A stretch of DNA of 64,000 bases from Amoebophrya sp. A120 (taxonomy: Eukaryota; Protista; Dinoflagellata). The translations under genes were made by a program, and so were the position numbers. Of this stretch, positions 35,762 through 49,714 are shown one piece after another (position 1 is the stretch's first letter; each line of letters opens with the position of its first letter). The DNA lies in the NCBI GenBank assembly GCA_905178155.1, contig CAJINV010000005.1:8748449-8812448 (forward strand), read 5' to 3'. A model generated the notes under the pieces. That model had not been told where the DNA came from. It did no database searches and saw only the letters and a program-made list of their open reading frames with translations.

Positions 35762-38700
35762 TTACACCCGGCTGCGAGTGAGTACGAGGAACATGCACGA
35801 CGCAGTTTCCAACTCAGATGTTTTTGCAATGGATACAGAAAGTCTCTTCACTACTTCCAACTCCCGGTCAAACTCTTCCTGGGTTTCCACCTTCTTTTCA
35901 AGATCCTGTGCAAAAGTATCGCAGTTGCAGTATGAATTGCAGGTCTGCCCAAAGGGTGGTCTTGTTTCTTTCATTTGACACAGAGACAGAGCATCACATC
36001 GCTATGTGTCTTCAGAACGTCATACATAAGTACCATAGGTATATGCAATCTGCTCAACTGCGATACTTTTCAACAGCGTATTCCACTGCAAACGGCAGAA
36101 ACTTTCCTCCTTTGACCAGGTCCATGCGCATGACAGCTTCGCCTTCCAAGAACGTCCACCGATGGGCTCGCTTCGAGCGCTGTATGCCTCCGTTGGAGTC
36201 CGACGCCAGTCGCAGGGCCTCGTTTCGCTCTTCGAGATCAGCCAGCTCGAGACGCTTGTTACCTGTGCCGCTAGCGCCTGCTCGTCCTCGTCGGTCGTTG
36301 TGATAACACTTCGTCGGCGACCTCGGGGCGGATGGGAGAACACTGGCAGGCGCGTCACCGAACACTCGGTGGCAAATTTTGCAGACTTTATGGCCGCGCA
36401 GGTTCTCCTCGAAGTCGTAGTTCTTGTTTCGCTGACGAGCGGAGATGAAACCACAAGACGTGCAGCAATTATCGTATGAAAAAAGTGCTTCCGTGTGATG
36501 AAGATTTCCGAGCACTGGCGTCGCAGGACAAGTTTGCTTCGCATGACGCGCACCAGCAAAAATCAGCCATGCGAGGCGTCTATCCGTAGGCGAATACATA
36601 AAACGCCCTTGAATTGTTAGCAGGACAAAAGGGCGCCACCGGGTCGCCCGCTGCCTAATGCTCATAGACAAACTCACGGCGAAGCACTTGTTTCTTGCGA
36701 TAGCAGTCTAACAGGGTATAGTCTGGCAGCACATGCAGTTGGACGAGGGGAAAGCCATTTACTTTAGCATCGTATCAAATGCACGTATGTCTGGATCTGG
36801 AAGAGTGCAAGTTGTGATGCTCATGTAATTCGATTCCAAAAAGATCTGTATTGCTTGAATAGCGAGAATGAGCCCATGTGTTGCTACGCTGAGGGGGCGT
36901 TTCTCATTCAGGATACGCATCGTCAAGCACTCTGGAAATTTGTGTTGCGCAGCCATGCATCACAGACGTCATGCTCGGGGGTGAAGGCCATGCACAATGT
37001 GCATATCAAATAAAATATTGCAATCTTCCAGACCCAGACATATTTGCAATGCACACATCGCCGTGGAAAACAAAATCTTTTCCTGCTCCCGGCCCGATTC
37101 TGTCGCCGCGGGGCCCCATGTCCACGCACTGGTAGAGGGCTTCTTCGTCCGGAAAGTCCCAGTACCTTCCGTCTTCTCCGATCGTGACTGCGCACCGGGT
37201 TCCGAGGTCGCCCTCGATCTTGTGCAGCCACTTCTTGGCGACTTCCACTTGCGTCCGCACGGCTCCGCCTTTGTATTGCACCGGGAAGTACTGTTGCTTT
37301 TATGCATTGCAAATATACTTGGGTCTGAAAAAATGCAACTTTTTCATGCTTGCCTCGTATGACTCCTCTCTTGTTGTATCTGTGATGCATAAGCAGAAAA
37401 CAGGCGTCTTGCTTGTCATGTTGCAAAAACGCAGTTTTCCATGCGAAACAAGGCGAAGCGCTTTATAGAGCTGTCATGTGTGAGGACTGCGTATTGCAGC
37501 GCCCACACCATGCACGAATTGGCAATGCAAGTTTCCAGACCCAAACATATTTGCAATGCATAGCTTCCCGTGGGATGCCATTCGCATCAGCGGCTTCACG
37601 TACGAGAGCAGAAAGAGCACCTTCCCGCTGTAAAAGTTACTTGATTTCCCATCCATCTTCTCGTCGTCCTCGTCTTCTTCATGTCCATCCCCAGGTATTA
37701 TGAAAATGGACAACTATTCCTTCCGCGTCCCCCTCATTTAAAGTGGATCCATAGCATCAGAAAGAGCAACCTGAAACGTGTAGGTATTTCGTGAAGCATC
37801 AATTTCTGCCCGAACTGTCAAGCGCTAGTCAATTTACGGAACTTGTCATGCAACAATCGCCAAAGTGGCGGGCTCGGTCTCGTTTGGGATTGGGTGTTCG
37901 AATTCGAATTGGTAATTTTTTTGCATCACAAATGAGAGAGGGGGAGGTAGAAAATGAAATCTTCCACTGTCATAAGCTTCTTTTCATCCTCTCTGCCATC
38001 TGACCTTCGCGCCTCCGTGTTCCTCTTGGTCGAAGTAGCCGCGGTCATGGTCGTCGCCACCTCTGCCACTAACACCGCTGGCTTTGTTCTCAGCACCGAT
38101 CTCGTTTATTTGCACTTGCTTCTTCATGACAGCACCCGTTGATTTCATTTTCATATTACTACTCCTCGGTTCATCCACGTCTAACAGGTTGTGTTTTCCA
38201 TTGCCAGTCTTTTTTGCTTCCGCTGCCGCGAAACCGGTGTGCTTCTCCTTATCATTACTGTCTCCGGCGTCCGCAGAATTCACTCGCAGTAGTGATTTTT
38301 TCTTGTTCTTATCAACGGAGGCTGGCACAGGTGCTGAGAGGCCTGCAGCTACAGCAGCTAGTAAAGAAGAAGACGAAGAAACGGGTTTGCTCTTCCTGTT
38401 ACTTCCCGCTATCAGCAGCTTGCCTTCGTTTACGTTTTTGTTCACCTGCGCACTGCTTTTTCCGCGAGCTCCCGACGTAGACCGTCCCCTTGCGGCCGAA
38501 CTCATCTTCTGTTTCTTTCTCGCAGGCGAAGCGGGGGGAGGAGTGTTGTTTTTGTCGGCTCCGCTGATAGCTGCAACGAGTGATGAGGACTGCTTTTTTG
38601 CAGGGCTTTTATTTTGTGACCCGCTTGCATGATTCATAGCTGCGCCGTCCTTGTTTTCGATGCCTTGTTTCCGCTTCTCGCGAAAAGCTGCCATGCCGAC

Positions 38701-39306
38701 GCCGCACACGGTGTAGGGTTTTTCATTCGCGAGTACCGCGGTTGCAACTGGCTCCTTGCCGAACTGCACCAGATCCCGCAACGCTCCGCACACCGAGTAC
38801 TCCCAGCCCTCTAGACGCTCCGCGTACGCTCGAATCGCGAGCTGGATTTGGGTCTCCAGGACGCGAATGCGTGTATGAAGTGCAAAAACATGTCTAATAT
38901 CGCACTGAAACGACACTTGGACGTGCAACTACACGACTGTAGTAGCACTTTACAAATCCTTTAATCTTTTCCTTTTCCATCACCTGTTTCAAGCAGCATC
39001 TACAAATCCTCGCTTGCTCTCCTCTTCATCCGTGTTTGCAAATTATGGATCGGCTATGCCTATGCAGAAATGCGTGCAACTGTAAGTAGAGATGAAGTAG
39101 CAGTATTAGATGATTTTTTGCAACCCATAATCCGTGATGGGTGGCAAGTCGTAGTACCCCTTCTCGTTATACTCCTCCGCTTCGAAGGTTCCGAATCTGA
39201 GCTTGCTCGCCTTGTCCGCTCCTCGTATCGCCGCCGCGAGGTGCTCCTCAACCTTCTTGTTTCCCCCCTTTTTGAAAACTTTTTCGCCGACGGCGCCTTG
39301 CATGAT
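35762..39306 (-). CDS. Hypothetical multi-exon protein(s) with basic low-complexity middle and CxxC..CxxC near the C-terminus
   Basis: In-frame joins across 38874-39129, 37301-37562 and 36773-37055; number of genes uncertain. Confidence 0.45.
35902..36080. mobile_element. Introner, family A-like
   Basis: Direct repeat ttcaa/ttcca. Confidence 0.75.
36773..37055. mobile_element. Introner, family B
   Basis: Direct repeat catcg/catcg. Confidence 0.9.
37301..37562. mobile_element. Introner, family B
   Basis: Direct repeat gcttt/gcttc. Confidence 0.9.
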
Positions 39307-41058
39307 GTATGTTGAACAACACGTAGACGAAAGAAAGATGGTGATGCGGCGAGGACGACACACTCCTCGGGGACGGGAAACAGGTCACGTACAAGTTCAG
39401 TTGCTGTTTAACACGCCTTCGTTGCAGCAGGGTGACGAAAACAAGCAATAGTAGGCAAAATCGATAGGGGCTCGTAGTCGTAGTCCACAAGCGCCGGATT
39501 ATACGCAGGAGTACAACAGGCAGGGCTAGCGGGAGCTGTCAGTCGAGTCGTCTTCTTCTGATTTCGGTGGGAGAGGAGTGCGCCAATTACTTGGAGAGAA
39601 AATTTTCGTTTCGCTGCGGCACGCACGTGGGTCGGTTTACAGCGCAATCGAAGCTGGTAAGGGAATTGTAAGTAGCACCTCCTGGCGACCACAAGTAGTA
39701 CGACGACAACTGCGTCTTGCAATGGCCAACAACGATTTCACACCGGAATCAACGCCCAATTTTCACCTCGCCAGACACTGGAATTCTGGAATTAGCGAGA
39801 AGGACACATATTTATTACGATGTCAATCTATACTCAAATTTGGAACGAATAAACAAAAACTCAATCAGATTGTCAAGAAAATCAACTTCAGGGCCGCTTC
39901 AAATTATGACAAAGTTGCTTTGTAAAGACGAATAGGTAGAATGCGAATACAACTTCACTTAGACTTACACAAAAATCAAGTGGAAAACAGGTTAAATTGT
40001 ATACACTTCAATAACAGGGCGTTTAGCGAAAAGGCCCTGCGAAAGCTCGTCAACATTTAATTGTAATTGATACAATACAAATTCATTTGAGAAAATGAAA
40101 AAGCTAAAGCTGTATTTTAGAGGATAAAACTATCGACGACACTACTTCTACAAAAAAAACCTATGGTGATTTTGGATTTGACGAATCAACACATTGCAAG
40201 AGGTCCAACGAAACACACAAAGATCAACCCACAAATTGATACGACACCGAATCGAAAACGCGACCAGATGGATTGTCCAAGGACATGGGCAAAACGAATG
40301 CTAAAAGGCAAAATTTGCGACGCGAAAGTCCACTTTGCTGGAAATCGACTATATCCACGACTTTTTTGCTGGGATTTCACTTTTTGTTTTTTTTTGTTTT
40401 TTTTTCTCTCTTTCGCTCGAGCTTTCCTTGGCATACTGACAGGCAAAACGAGCACAAGGCGAACGACACGCGATGGTCTGAGAAACCGTGTTGCAAAGCG
40501 ATCGTGCTTGCTACGGTTGTGAGACATTGGACAGAGACGGATTTTGGTGGTGGCGACATAACGACTTTTTTTTACACGAACGAGTGATGAAGGTCGTTAG
40601 AAAACTACTACAATACAATCGATCCTGACGACCACGAAGCAGACACGTCGGCTGTGACTACTAACTTTCTTCCGGCCGTGTCGGTTAGAACAAGATCAAG
40701 AAGTGCAAAATGAACTCCAGCCACCTATCGAGGACTGACGTGCTCACGACATTGGTTTGAAGCGACAGCTAAAAAACAATTTTCCTTTCCAGCAGAAGAA
40801 AACCAGAAGAACAATATTCTCATCCGGTCCTCTTCCGAGCCAAGCTGTAGCTAGGATCCATCATTTTTTGGCATCGCATTGGTCCTGCGGTGTCGCCCCT
40901 ATTTTGTTCTCTTTTCGTTCTAAGGGACACGAAACACAATAATTATTTTGTGCCATTTTTACAGTTGTTCGAAACCCATTTTACTCTAGATCAACATTTC
41001 CGGATATTAGGTACAATTTATTATTTTATGAGTATCTATTCGCACTATGAAGAAAAGC

Positions 41059-44000
41059 CTACAATGGATAAGGGCTGAGCATATCAGTATCATCTTCAAC
41101 AAATTCATAGTGGTGGATGGAATTCTTGAAAATTTTATCGTACTTGAAAAATTTTTGATTGAAATTTGTCAGGCTCCAGCTTGATAGAGCACCATGATCA
41201 ACAATAAAGTGTTTGTTACAAGTAGATGAAACATAATCGTATCTAATTACTGAATCAAATGCCTTTGCCCGGTCACTTCCAAAAGCGCCAAGCACTCCAG
41301 GTATTTTCCGTGCATGCATTGCAAATATGTCTGGGCCTGGAAGGTTTTGCGACTTGTCACGCACGTTTTGCATAAGCCATGATGTCTGTGATGCATGCCC
41401 TAGCATCACAGATTTTTTGAGCACTTCTTGATGCCTACTCCGCCTGACAAATGCCCTCTTCGCGTAGCAACAATTGCACCCCCTTTACTGCTTACGCAAT
41501 GCAGATTTTTTTGGAATCCAAACACAGCATCACAAGTTGCATTCTTCCAGACCCAAATGACATATTTGCATTTGATACCGTGTGCGAGCAAACAAGAAAA
41601 TTCTGTATCCAACAGATTGTAGGTGCACGACATATATCATGTGTAAAAGTATCGCACTCGTATCGCAATCATGCATTGCAAATCTTTTTCTTAAGGTAAA
41701 TCGGCACTACAAATTGTATTTCTCATGCTGAGGAAATTTATCATGCATTTCTACAAGTGCGATGCTTTTGCACTGCATAACATAGGGTTCGTGGAAAAAA
41801 GAGCGCCGGCGTGGACTGCTCTGTCGCTCTTTCCAGAGGATGACGGTGTGGACAGCAGTGCTGCTGCTCCGGGAGATCTGATCGGTGTCATGTTATTTTG
41901 CTGCTGGATTCCCCGGTTCATCTTGTGCGGCCGTGGTGTACCATTAGTAGAGCTTGTACAACTACCTCCCGCAGCGCTGCGTTGGCACAATTCTTCTACA
42001 TGTCCCTGCTGATCCTGGTAGTTGGTCAAAAACGCTGCACCAGCAGAAACAACACCTCTGGGAGTTCTCTGGACGACCAACCCGTCCTTCTCGTCTTGTA
42101 CATCTCCGATAATATCATCCGACACAGAAGATTTTTGCTCCACCTGCTGCATCCGGGGCGGTGGCGCGCCCGGCACGCCGTCCCATCCCCAGTGCACCGC
42201 GGCCCGGGTGCCATCGGAGTTGCGGCGGTAAGTGTCTGGGTTGGAACGAGAGCTCCCTGGGGATGAAGCGTAACGATCTTCACGGTCGTAATAAAGATGG
42301 TTACCTTCTATCGATGATGCCGGCGAGCTGCTGTTCTGCTGTTCCACTGAACTTCTAGATTGGCAACTGCTTCTTCTGTAACCGCAGTCAGAAAGGATCT
42401 TCTCAGGTAACAGTTGAAAGTGCTGGAACTCCAAATAAGCCATTCGCCGGTGTAATTGCTGCTCGGTCTCGATATCGTGTTTTTTTGAAGATTTCTTCTC
42501 AACGAAATTTATTTCCATCTTTCCGCTATTCCATGCCTGCTTATCGATCTTCAAATGGGCACTGAACGCCTGCTTCTCCGCAGTAAAATCACCATCATCA
42601 TGCTCTCCGGTCGTGGGAGAAGGAACAAGTTCGACACTTTTGTAAACTCGCAACACCGGATCCCACATTTTCGAAAAATGCTTCTGCCGCCAGGATTCGA
42701 AGCGGGAAGTCAAAGAAGGCGAAGTGCTCCTCGATGTAGTACTTTCCGGTGTAGCTGTTGGACGAGAACCACGTGGCCGGGTCTTCGCGCTGCCCCCTTG
42801 TTCCCCAAATGTAGTTCCCAGAACTTCAGCATCTGCAGCTGTTGCGGTTGAGGAGGTGTGTCCTAGTGTCAGCTCACCCTCTTCTGAAAGCGAGGACGCG
42901 GTTGTGCTCGAGGATTTTGAAGTGGTTGAAGTTGATTGCTGTGGTTTATCTACTGGCTCAACATCCTTCTCTACTTCATGAGCTGCAGGAGCATCACAAA
43001 GTCCTTGCTCGACTTGTGCTGTTCCATTTAGAACCAAATCCAGCACGGCAACCAACAACGGATCAACTTTGTGCTCCAAGGTCACATATCCACTGCAAAT
43101 ATGTCCCGGTCTGGAAGAGTGCGGGATTTGTCATGCATCTCGCGAACCAAACACATGGTCTGTAATGCGCACAGAAGCACCACAGATTTTGCGACACCTT
43201 GCTCATGCCTATCCCGCATCAGATATTTTAGGCAAGCAAGGGGTGGGAAACTTTTGGCGTTCACGCAACACAGATTTTCTTAAGATCGGGACTTCGCATG
43301 ACAAGCTTCGTCCTTCCAGACATCCAGGGATATTTGCAGTGCATATCACAACATTTTTTCTCCCCCGCTCTCCAACCTCCACCCGCGTGAACAGCAGTCC
43401 GTCTTGGTAGGCAGGGTTTGGCAGGATCTGCGTGCAATATGGCCAGAAGGGATTGTGGAAGAATTCTTCACCCTCTGGCACTACCTCTTCCTCGTCGCAA
43501 CCTTCTTTGTCGCTTTCCGTGCGGAGACGGTGGCGCTTTTGTTCCCCAACAGCAGCTGCAACGTAGTTTCTCGCCGGCACTTGCCGTTCCCAACCACTCG
43601 GCACGAATCCCAGTACCCTCGGCACGATTCCGGCCATCAAGCCGCTGGCGGGGTAGACGGTCTTGGAAAGCATGGTATCGAGACAGACCTGCAGGTTGTG
43701 CGTGTTTCGCGGAAGTCGCAGGGCTATCAAATGCAAATATGTCTGGGTCCTCTGGAAGATTGCGAGGCTTGTGATCCAGATTTTCCATGATCCATGTCGT
43801 CTGGAATGCAGGACCTCGCATGACAGATTGCGCGACGAGATCCCTATGTTGCCTATCCTGCATGAGAAACTTTCTCTCAACTTGGTCAAAAGTGGACCAA
43901 GTTTTTGGCATTCATGCAACACAGATTTTTGCACAATCCAGAATTAGCATTACAAGTTGCAATCTTCCAGACCCAGACATATTTGCAACGCATAAGGGCG

Positions 44001-47000
44001 GGGACGAGGAAATTCGGCTTGTCCTTCACAAACTCGTAGAACTGGGGCAAGTAGGTCGTCGCGAAGGGTATGCAACACAAATTTCCTGCACATGTACAAA
44101 ATGCATCACAAATTTCATCAACTTGCAGCATGCCACTTGCCATGCTGAATAGGAATGAACGAAAGTTTTGTCATGCAGAAACCGCATTTGTACGTGCAAG
44201 GGAAATTTCCTGTGGATAAAGGGAAAGTCCAGCACAGTAGAAGCTGCTGGTGCTGATGTTTTTGTTACCGCCGTTCTTTCCGGATGAACATCAAACACGA
44301 AGAATTCATCAACTGCAAAAGTGTCTGGGTCTGGAAAGTTGGAACTTGTAATGCTAGCTTTACATTCCTGGGAAATCTGCATTGCATAACCGACAAAAGC
44401 CGCAGCCATTTTTGTCATGCAAAAATGCACTTTCCTCATCATGCACATTTTAGCATCACAAGTTTCCAGAACCAGACATTTTTGCATTTGATAGAATTCC
44501 TGCAACAACAGCTGGATCTCCTTCGCTCGCAAATTCAAATCGAAAAGCGGCACAATCTTCCTGTCCTCTGGAACCCACATGGGCGCAAATAAGGCATCAA
44601 ACGCGTTGTCGGATGTTGAAAAGAGAGCGGGGTGTTCTTGATGTTCAACATGATCCGTAGGTGAATTATTGTTTCCCGCGCTGCTCGTCTCACTCGGAGA
44701 TGCTGGTGTTCCCCAATTGTAAAAATCATCTTCGTAAGTCCGCCACGTGCCGCACCGCTTGATGCGCCAACTACGAGACGAGGTGGATTTTTTGGTGGCA
44801 TTTTCATTTGCAGAACATGCTTCTGTAGCGGTACTACATGTAGTACCTCTCAACATCCCGCTCCTGTCCAATGGTTGTTGCGGTTGCGACGACGGGTGGC
44901 CTTTGCATGAAGATGTCGTCCCGATCTTGTTGTCCTTCGTCCCCGGCAGCAGGACCCGTTCGACGAAGCCCGACTTCTCCACCTTGGCTTCGGATGTTAA
45001 TGTCGTGAATTCCGACAACTCCGGTCCATCCAAGACAAACGACCACACGATGTCATTTGCGATGATTTCCTTTTGCTTCTGCAGCGTTTTATTTTCAAAT
45101 TCCTCCGAAAGACCTTCTCGTCTTGAAGAAGAAGTTGTCTTCACTGCGAAAGAACAAGAGGTCCTACTGCGTGATGAAGAATCATCCAGTGTGGGTCCAT
45201 CGCCGTTTTGATGATGTTGCAAGACTACACTCCCTTCCGCAGCAGCTGCTTCTGTTCGTGTCGTTGCAATCTCATCCGCGTGGTTCTGTACTTTCCGCGC
45301 GAAATGGTCTGCCATCCAACTTTCACTGGTCTGGTCCCAGCCATCCGCCCGGAGGAGGAGCTCGAAGAGGAAGTGGAAAATACCTTGAATAGACACGTAT
45401 AAATAAAACTTCTTGGTATTAGAAAAACAAGAGTAGTAAAGTAAAGTCGTCGAGAAAGAACTTCAAAAGACATCACTTTGTGCCCACTAGTAGATCGTCA
45501 CTGCGCTGCACAACCAACCTTTTATTTTGCGTGTAGCTTATTGTAGATTGATACCTGTCTGAAACGTTGGCGTATTTGAAGATGCTGACCCCGCACTGAA
45601 CCCCTGTCCATTGGTTCTATCCATCTGCAGCAGGACCTTGAGAAACATCCGCACCTCCTTGTAAAAATTCCCGCAGCCCTCCCGGCCGTTGGCGTTATGG
45701 TGTTCTCAACTGTTACATTCTCCGCTGTTACATGGATTTGTGATGCAAGAATTGCAAAAGTGAAAGGGGAGAGGTTGCACTTCTAGCATTACAAGTTTTG
45801 CACAGATTTAGGTGCTGTTTAGCCCTTCGCAAATTTGTCATGCGAAGCAGCTCTCCCGTGTGAATCTTGATGGTAGTTCTGCATGACAAATTCATGTAAC
45901 AGTTGAGAATGTAACAGTTGAGAGCGCCATAGGCGTTGCCCGGCTTTTGGGACAGGAGAGAAACCGTGTACAGGACGAGATAGTCCTCGTCGAATTCGAA
46001 ACAACTCTTGTCAATATCTTCTCCACCTCTGAAACTCGAGGAAACAAGACCTGGCTGCACTGGTTTAACACAGAGGAAGGGGTTAAAGAACAAATTCTCC
46101 TTCTCCATCAACGGCCGCACGGATGAAGCACCATTAGTTGTTCCGAATGAAGTTGTGGAGATATTATTCACAGGCTTGTACAGAACATGATTGCGCCAGT
46201 ATTCCTGATAAAGCCAGCGGTGCAACTGCTCGTTGGGCTTAAGCTCCAAAAACGGGTGCACGATTTCTTCCTCCTCACTCCCTATCCTGTGCAAGAGCAT
46301 CGTACTCGTATTGCAGTCATGCATTACAAACTTTTTTCTTCAGGTACATCCGCATTACAAATTTAATTTCTCACGCTGAGGAAATTTGTAATGCATTTAT
46401 ACGAATACGATGCTTTTGCAAAGGATACTCCCCCAGAGCGGAAAGGTGTCCGGAAATTCCGCCCTGGAAATGATCACCCGGACTAGAACATCGTTGCTCA
46501 GATCGACCGAACTCGCTTTCGACGAAACTGCACTGGCCTTGGAGTGGGCGCGACTGCGGAGTTCCGGCGGCAGGGACTGCAGCTCGTCGTCGTTCGCGGG
46601 GTCGTGGTTCTCATACTTGTCTTGGCCAGAACCTGGTGCCGCTTGTCTTGGCCAAAGGGGGTTTTCCAGTGTAGTTGATGTTGTGTTTCTGCTTCTGGTC
46701 CTCGGTAATAATTCTTGTTCTACTTCCGCACCTAATTGTACACGATCACGACCTGGGACAACGCCACTTGCAGATGTGGATGCTGTGGTGTTTCGGGATG
46801 CCGAATCACCTGGGCCGAACCCAAAAGTTGTTCGTCGCCCCACGTGGCTACCTTTGTCGCAAAGTAGATGTACTAGATCTTCGCTGACGGATGGTATTTT
46901 CAACGTATCATGCTCCTGGTCCTGCCCCATCATGATCACGCCTGACACATCACATTTTGTCTCCCGACCACTGTGCACCTGACCAGAAGTAGTTGTCTGA

Positions 47001-48239
47001 TTATTTGCTTGTCGCGCTGGAGAAGCTGGTTCGAACATCATTTTAGGAAAGTGAAACTCGACGGTCTCCTTGTCAGACTCGATGAGCTGTTCCATTTCAG
47101 GATCAAATTCGCCAGCCGCCGTGCCTGGACAACCATCCTGCTGCTCTTCCCCAAGCGGAAGCGGATTGAACCCAGCACTCATTGGCGTCATCGGCGTACC
47201 CAAAGTGGAAAAGCTGCCATCCGTATGCTGTGCAAAAGTATCGTACTCGTAGTAATTGCGTTTATGCATTACAAATCCCCTTCTCAAGGTGAATCAGCAT
47301 TGCAAATTTAATTTGTAATGCTGGGGTAGATTGTAATGCAATTTATACGAGTAAGATGCTTTTGCATTGCATAATCCGACCAGGGAGAGGACTTGCGACA
47401 CGGTGCCGCAGAGGGGATCTTGTAAATTTGGATCAACGACTCGGGCGCGGCCGTGTAGTTCGCTTTTAGCAAGGCCAGCGCAAACTGCTTTTTTGTCATG
47501 GTCAAAACGTAGGAAAAGGTCGAGAGGTGAACCCGGGGGAGATCCAGATCCTCGTTGTCTTTCGACGATGTTGCGAAAGAACTACTATTCGCACAACTAG
47601 CCCTGGTCCTCTGGTTCTTCGTTTTCTCAGCAGAAGTTGTTTTCTGAACGGGTGTTGGCGTCTCGGAGTCATCAACATCGTCCACCGAGGGGGAAGAGGT
47701 CAGCATCTCTGACATCATGGTAAGGCTTTGGAGCTGCCTCTTGCCTGGTATTATAATATCACGTTTTTTATTTTGCGTTCTGAAAAATCATCATGAAACA
47801 TTCGAAGATTCAGTGCATTCGATGCTGTGGTCAATAGTACAACTCTACTGCAGCTCTGAGAAAAAAAATTCACCGTGAAAAATAAAACACGGGTAAAAAA
47901 AGTACTTGCAGCCAGCAGCTTCTCCTGTTCAGCAGCACGAGCAGCCGGAGCCGTTTTCTCCGCCTCATCCAATGCAGCTTTCTTCACCAGGTCATAAAAC
48001 GTGTCCGGGACGGGAATTTGTTGCAGATCGCCAGACAGGTTAAAGAACCGCAACACGGGGGAAGGAAACGCGGGATTGTGCAAAGATAAAGAAGGAAACG
48101 CCGCACAGTTAAACACCACATTAGACGTCGGCGAGGTCGTGGCGGTGATCTTCCCATGGTCCCCGCTACTAGTAGGTGGTTCGTGAATATCCCCCTGACC
48201 ACGGGGAGAAAAAGAATTTTGGTAAACAATGGACGACAT
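41059..48239 (-). CDS. Large Ser/Thr-rich hypothetical protein, more than 10 exons
   Basis: Long co-oriented ORFs (444, 456 and 296 aa in the track) separated by introners; no family recognised. Confidence 0.6.
41313..41577. mobile_element. Introner, family B
   Basis: Direct repeat ccgtg/ccgtg. Confidence 0.9.
41635..41779. mobile_element. Introner, family A
   Basis: Direct repeat acata/acata. Confidence 0.9.
43087..43345. mobile_element. Introner, family B
   Basis: Direct repeat tcaca/tcaca. Confidence 0.9.
43725..43994. mobile_element. Introner, family B
   Basis: Direct repeat agggc/agggc. Confidence 0.9.
44069..44218. mobile_element. Introner, distinct TIR
   Basis: Direct repeat aaggg/aaggg. 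Confidence 0.85.
44307..44493. mobile_element. Introner, short family B
   Basis: Direct repeat gaatt/gaatt. Confidence 0.9.
45696..45931. mobile_element. Introner, family C
   Basis: TIR tatggYgYtctcaactgttacattctc; direct repeat ggcgt/ggcgt. Confidence 0.9.
46283..46427. mobile_element. Introner, family A
   Basis: Direct repeat ctccc/ctccc. Confidence 0.9.
47224..47373. mobile_element. Introner, family A
   Basis: Direct repeat atccg/atccg. Confidence 0.9.
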
Positions 48240-49714
48240 CTTAATGAAAATACATTGAAAGAACAAGCAGTTCTTCTTTCAAGGTTAAAAAAATTACACT
48301 GTTGCTGAAAAAAAACACACGTAGTACGGGAGCAGAATCATTATTATTGACGATGTTGGTATAACTTTAGTAGCAGTTAATTTAAACAGTTCTTCATTTG
48401 AATCATAAAAAAATTGACTAGGTGACCCAGCACCACATTCACTCTGGTTGAAGAAGAGCAGCACGACCTTGGTGTGCTCCTGCTCCGTCCGTAGTAGATG
48501 TGTAGAGCCATTGTACTTAGTACAGCTCTAGCTTGTTTGGACAGAACTTTTAGACGAACTGTGCAATAGAGAAAGCTTGGCTTTATACTGTGATGCTCCT
48601 TTGACCTGAAACTATTCTGGCTCCTCGCTCTCGCTTTGGAGAACGACCCTGAAACTCAAGAATGGACTTTGTTCACTAACACAAATAAGTACCGAAACAA
48701 CTGATGAGGGAATTATATTTATCCTGGGGTAAATTCATACGGTAGACCGAATTTGATGGCACTCACATCACAACTTTTGTCAATCCACCCTTGCACGTAC
48801 TTAGAGCAACTTTCAGAAGAATCGACACGGACAACGAACTTTCAAGCGGCTTTGGCATCAACAAGAAAACTATCACATCAAGTTGAAGTATCTTCAACCC
48901 ATATTCGAGGAGTCAATAAACTAATATGAATATCTCCATCCTCAAGATCAACATGAAATAGAAACCCTTTATTTTGTCACTACTTCTCCTAAACCAATGT
49001 CCAATGCTATAGCGTTTTTGCAGCCCCAGAAGGATCGTAGACCCTCCCCAAGAATTGTCTGTAACGACGCAGAAACAAAAGAACCCTGAAACAATGAAGA
49101 TCATGATCAGATGCAAGAAGAAGCGCAAAATAAGTCAATGAAGAAAAATGAAAACAAACATCCCAAAGAAGTACCGACGTGTAGTAGTGTGCCTCTGCCT
49201 GGCTAAAACAAATGGCGAACACAGAGAACACTGACAGCATTTGCTATTCGTGTCGCGGCTTGTTGACAACATCGCAGAGGACGGGGGGTATAGTAAGCCA
49301 GAGTCTCCGATTCACATATTTCTGACATTTCGTCCTGCGTTCTACAACTCTATCTCTTGTTTTGATTGCTTTTTCGCAAGCCTGCTGCTGCAGCCCTCCC
49401 TCGAAGCGACAAGCTGCATCAAGGTACGACACAGCTTCCAGCAAGCTGCGGTGACAAGAAGACTTTCGAATAGAAGTGTCTCTGCAAAAGCTGTCTCAGT
49501 TTTCAAGAGGAAGAACTGGTGCAGCTGTCAACCTATTTTTAGAAAACTTGAATATTACACATGCACGACCACGACCTATGGCGGTACTACAGAAGCTCGC
49601 CGTCGTGATCGCAGAATTTATCACGTAAAGTGGTAAAGGTACATCATTGAACAAATTCATCATCCCTTTCTTGCATTACAAAGCAAATCTATGTTTTAAC
49701 TTATGCATTACAAA

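Noticed and set aside
48400-49640. Short ORFs on both strands between the two large genes
   Set aside because: No introners, no motif and no consistent frame; probably UTR or intergenic.
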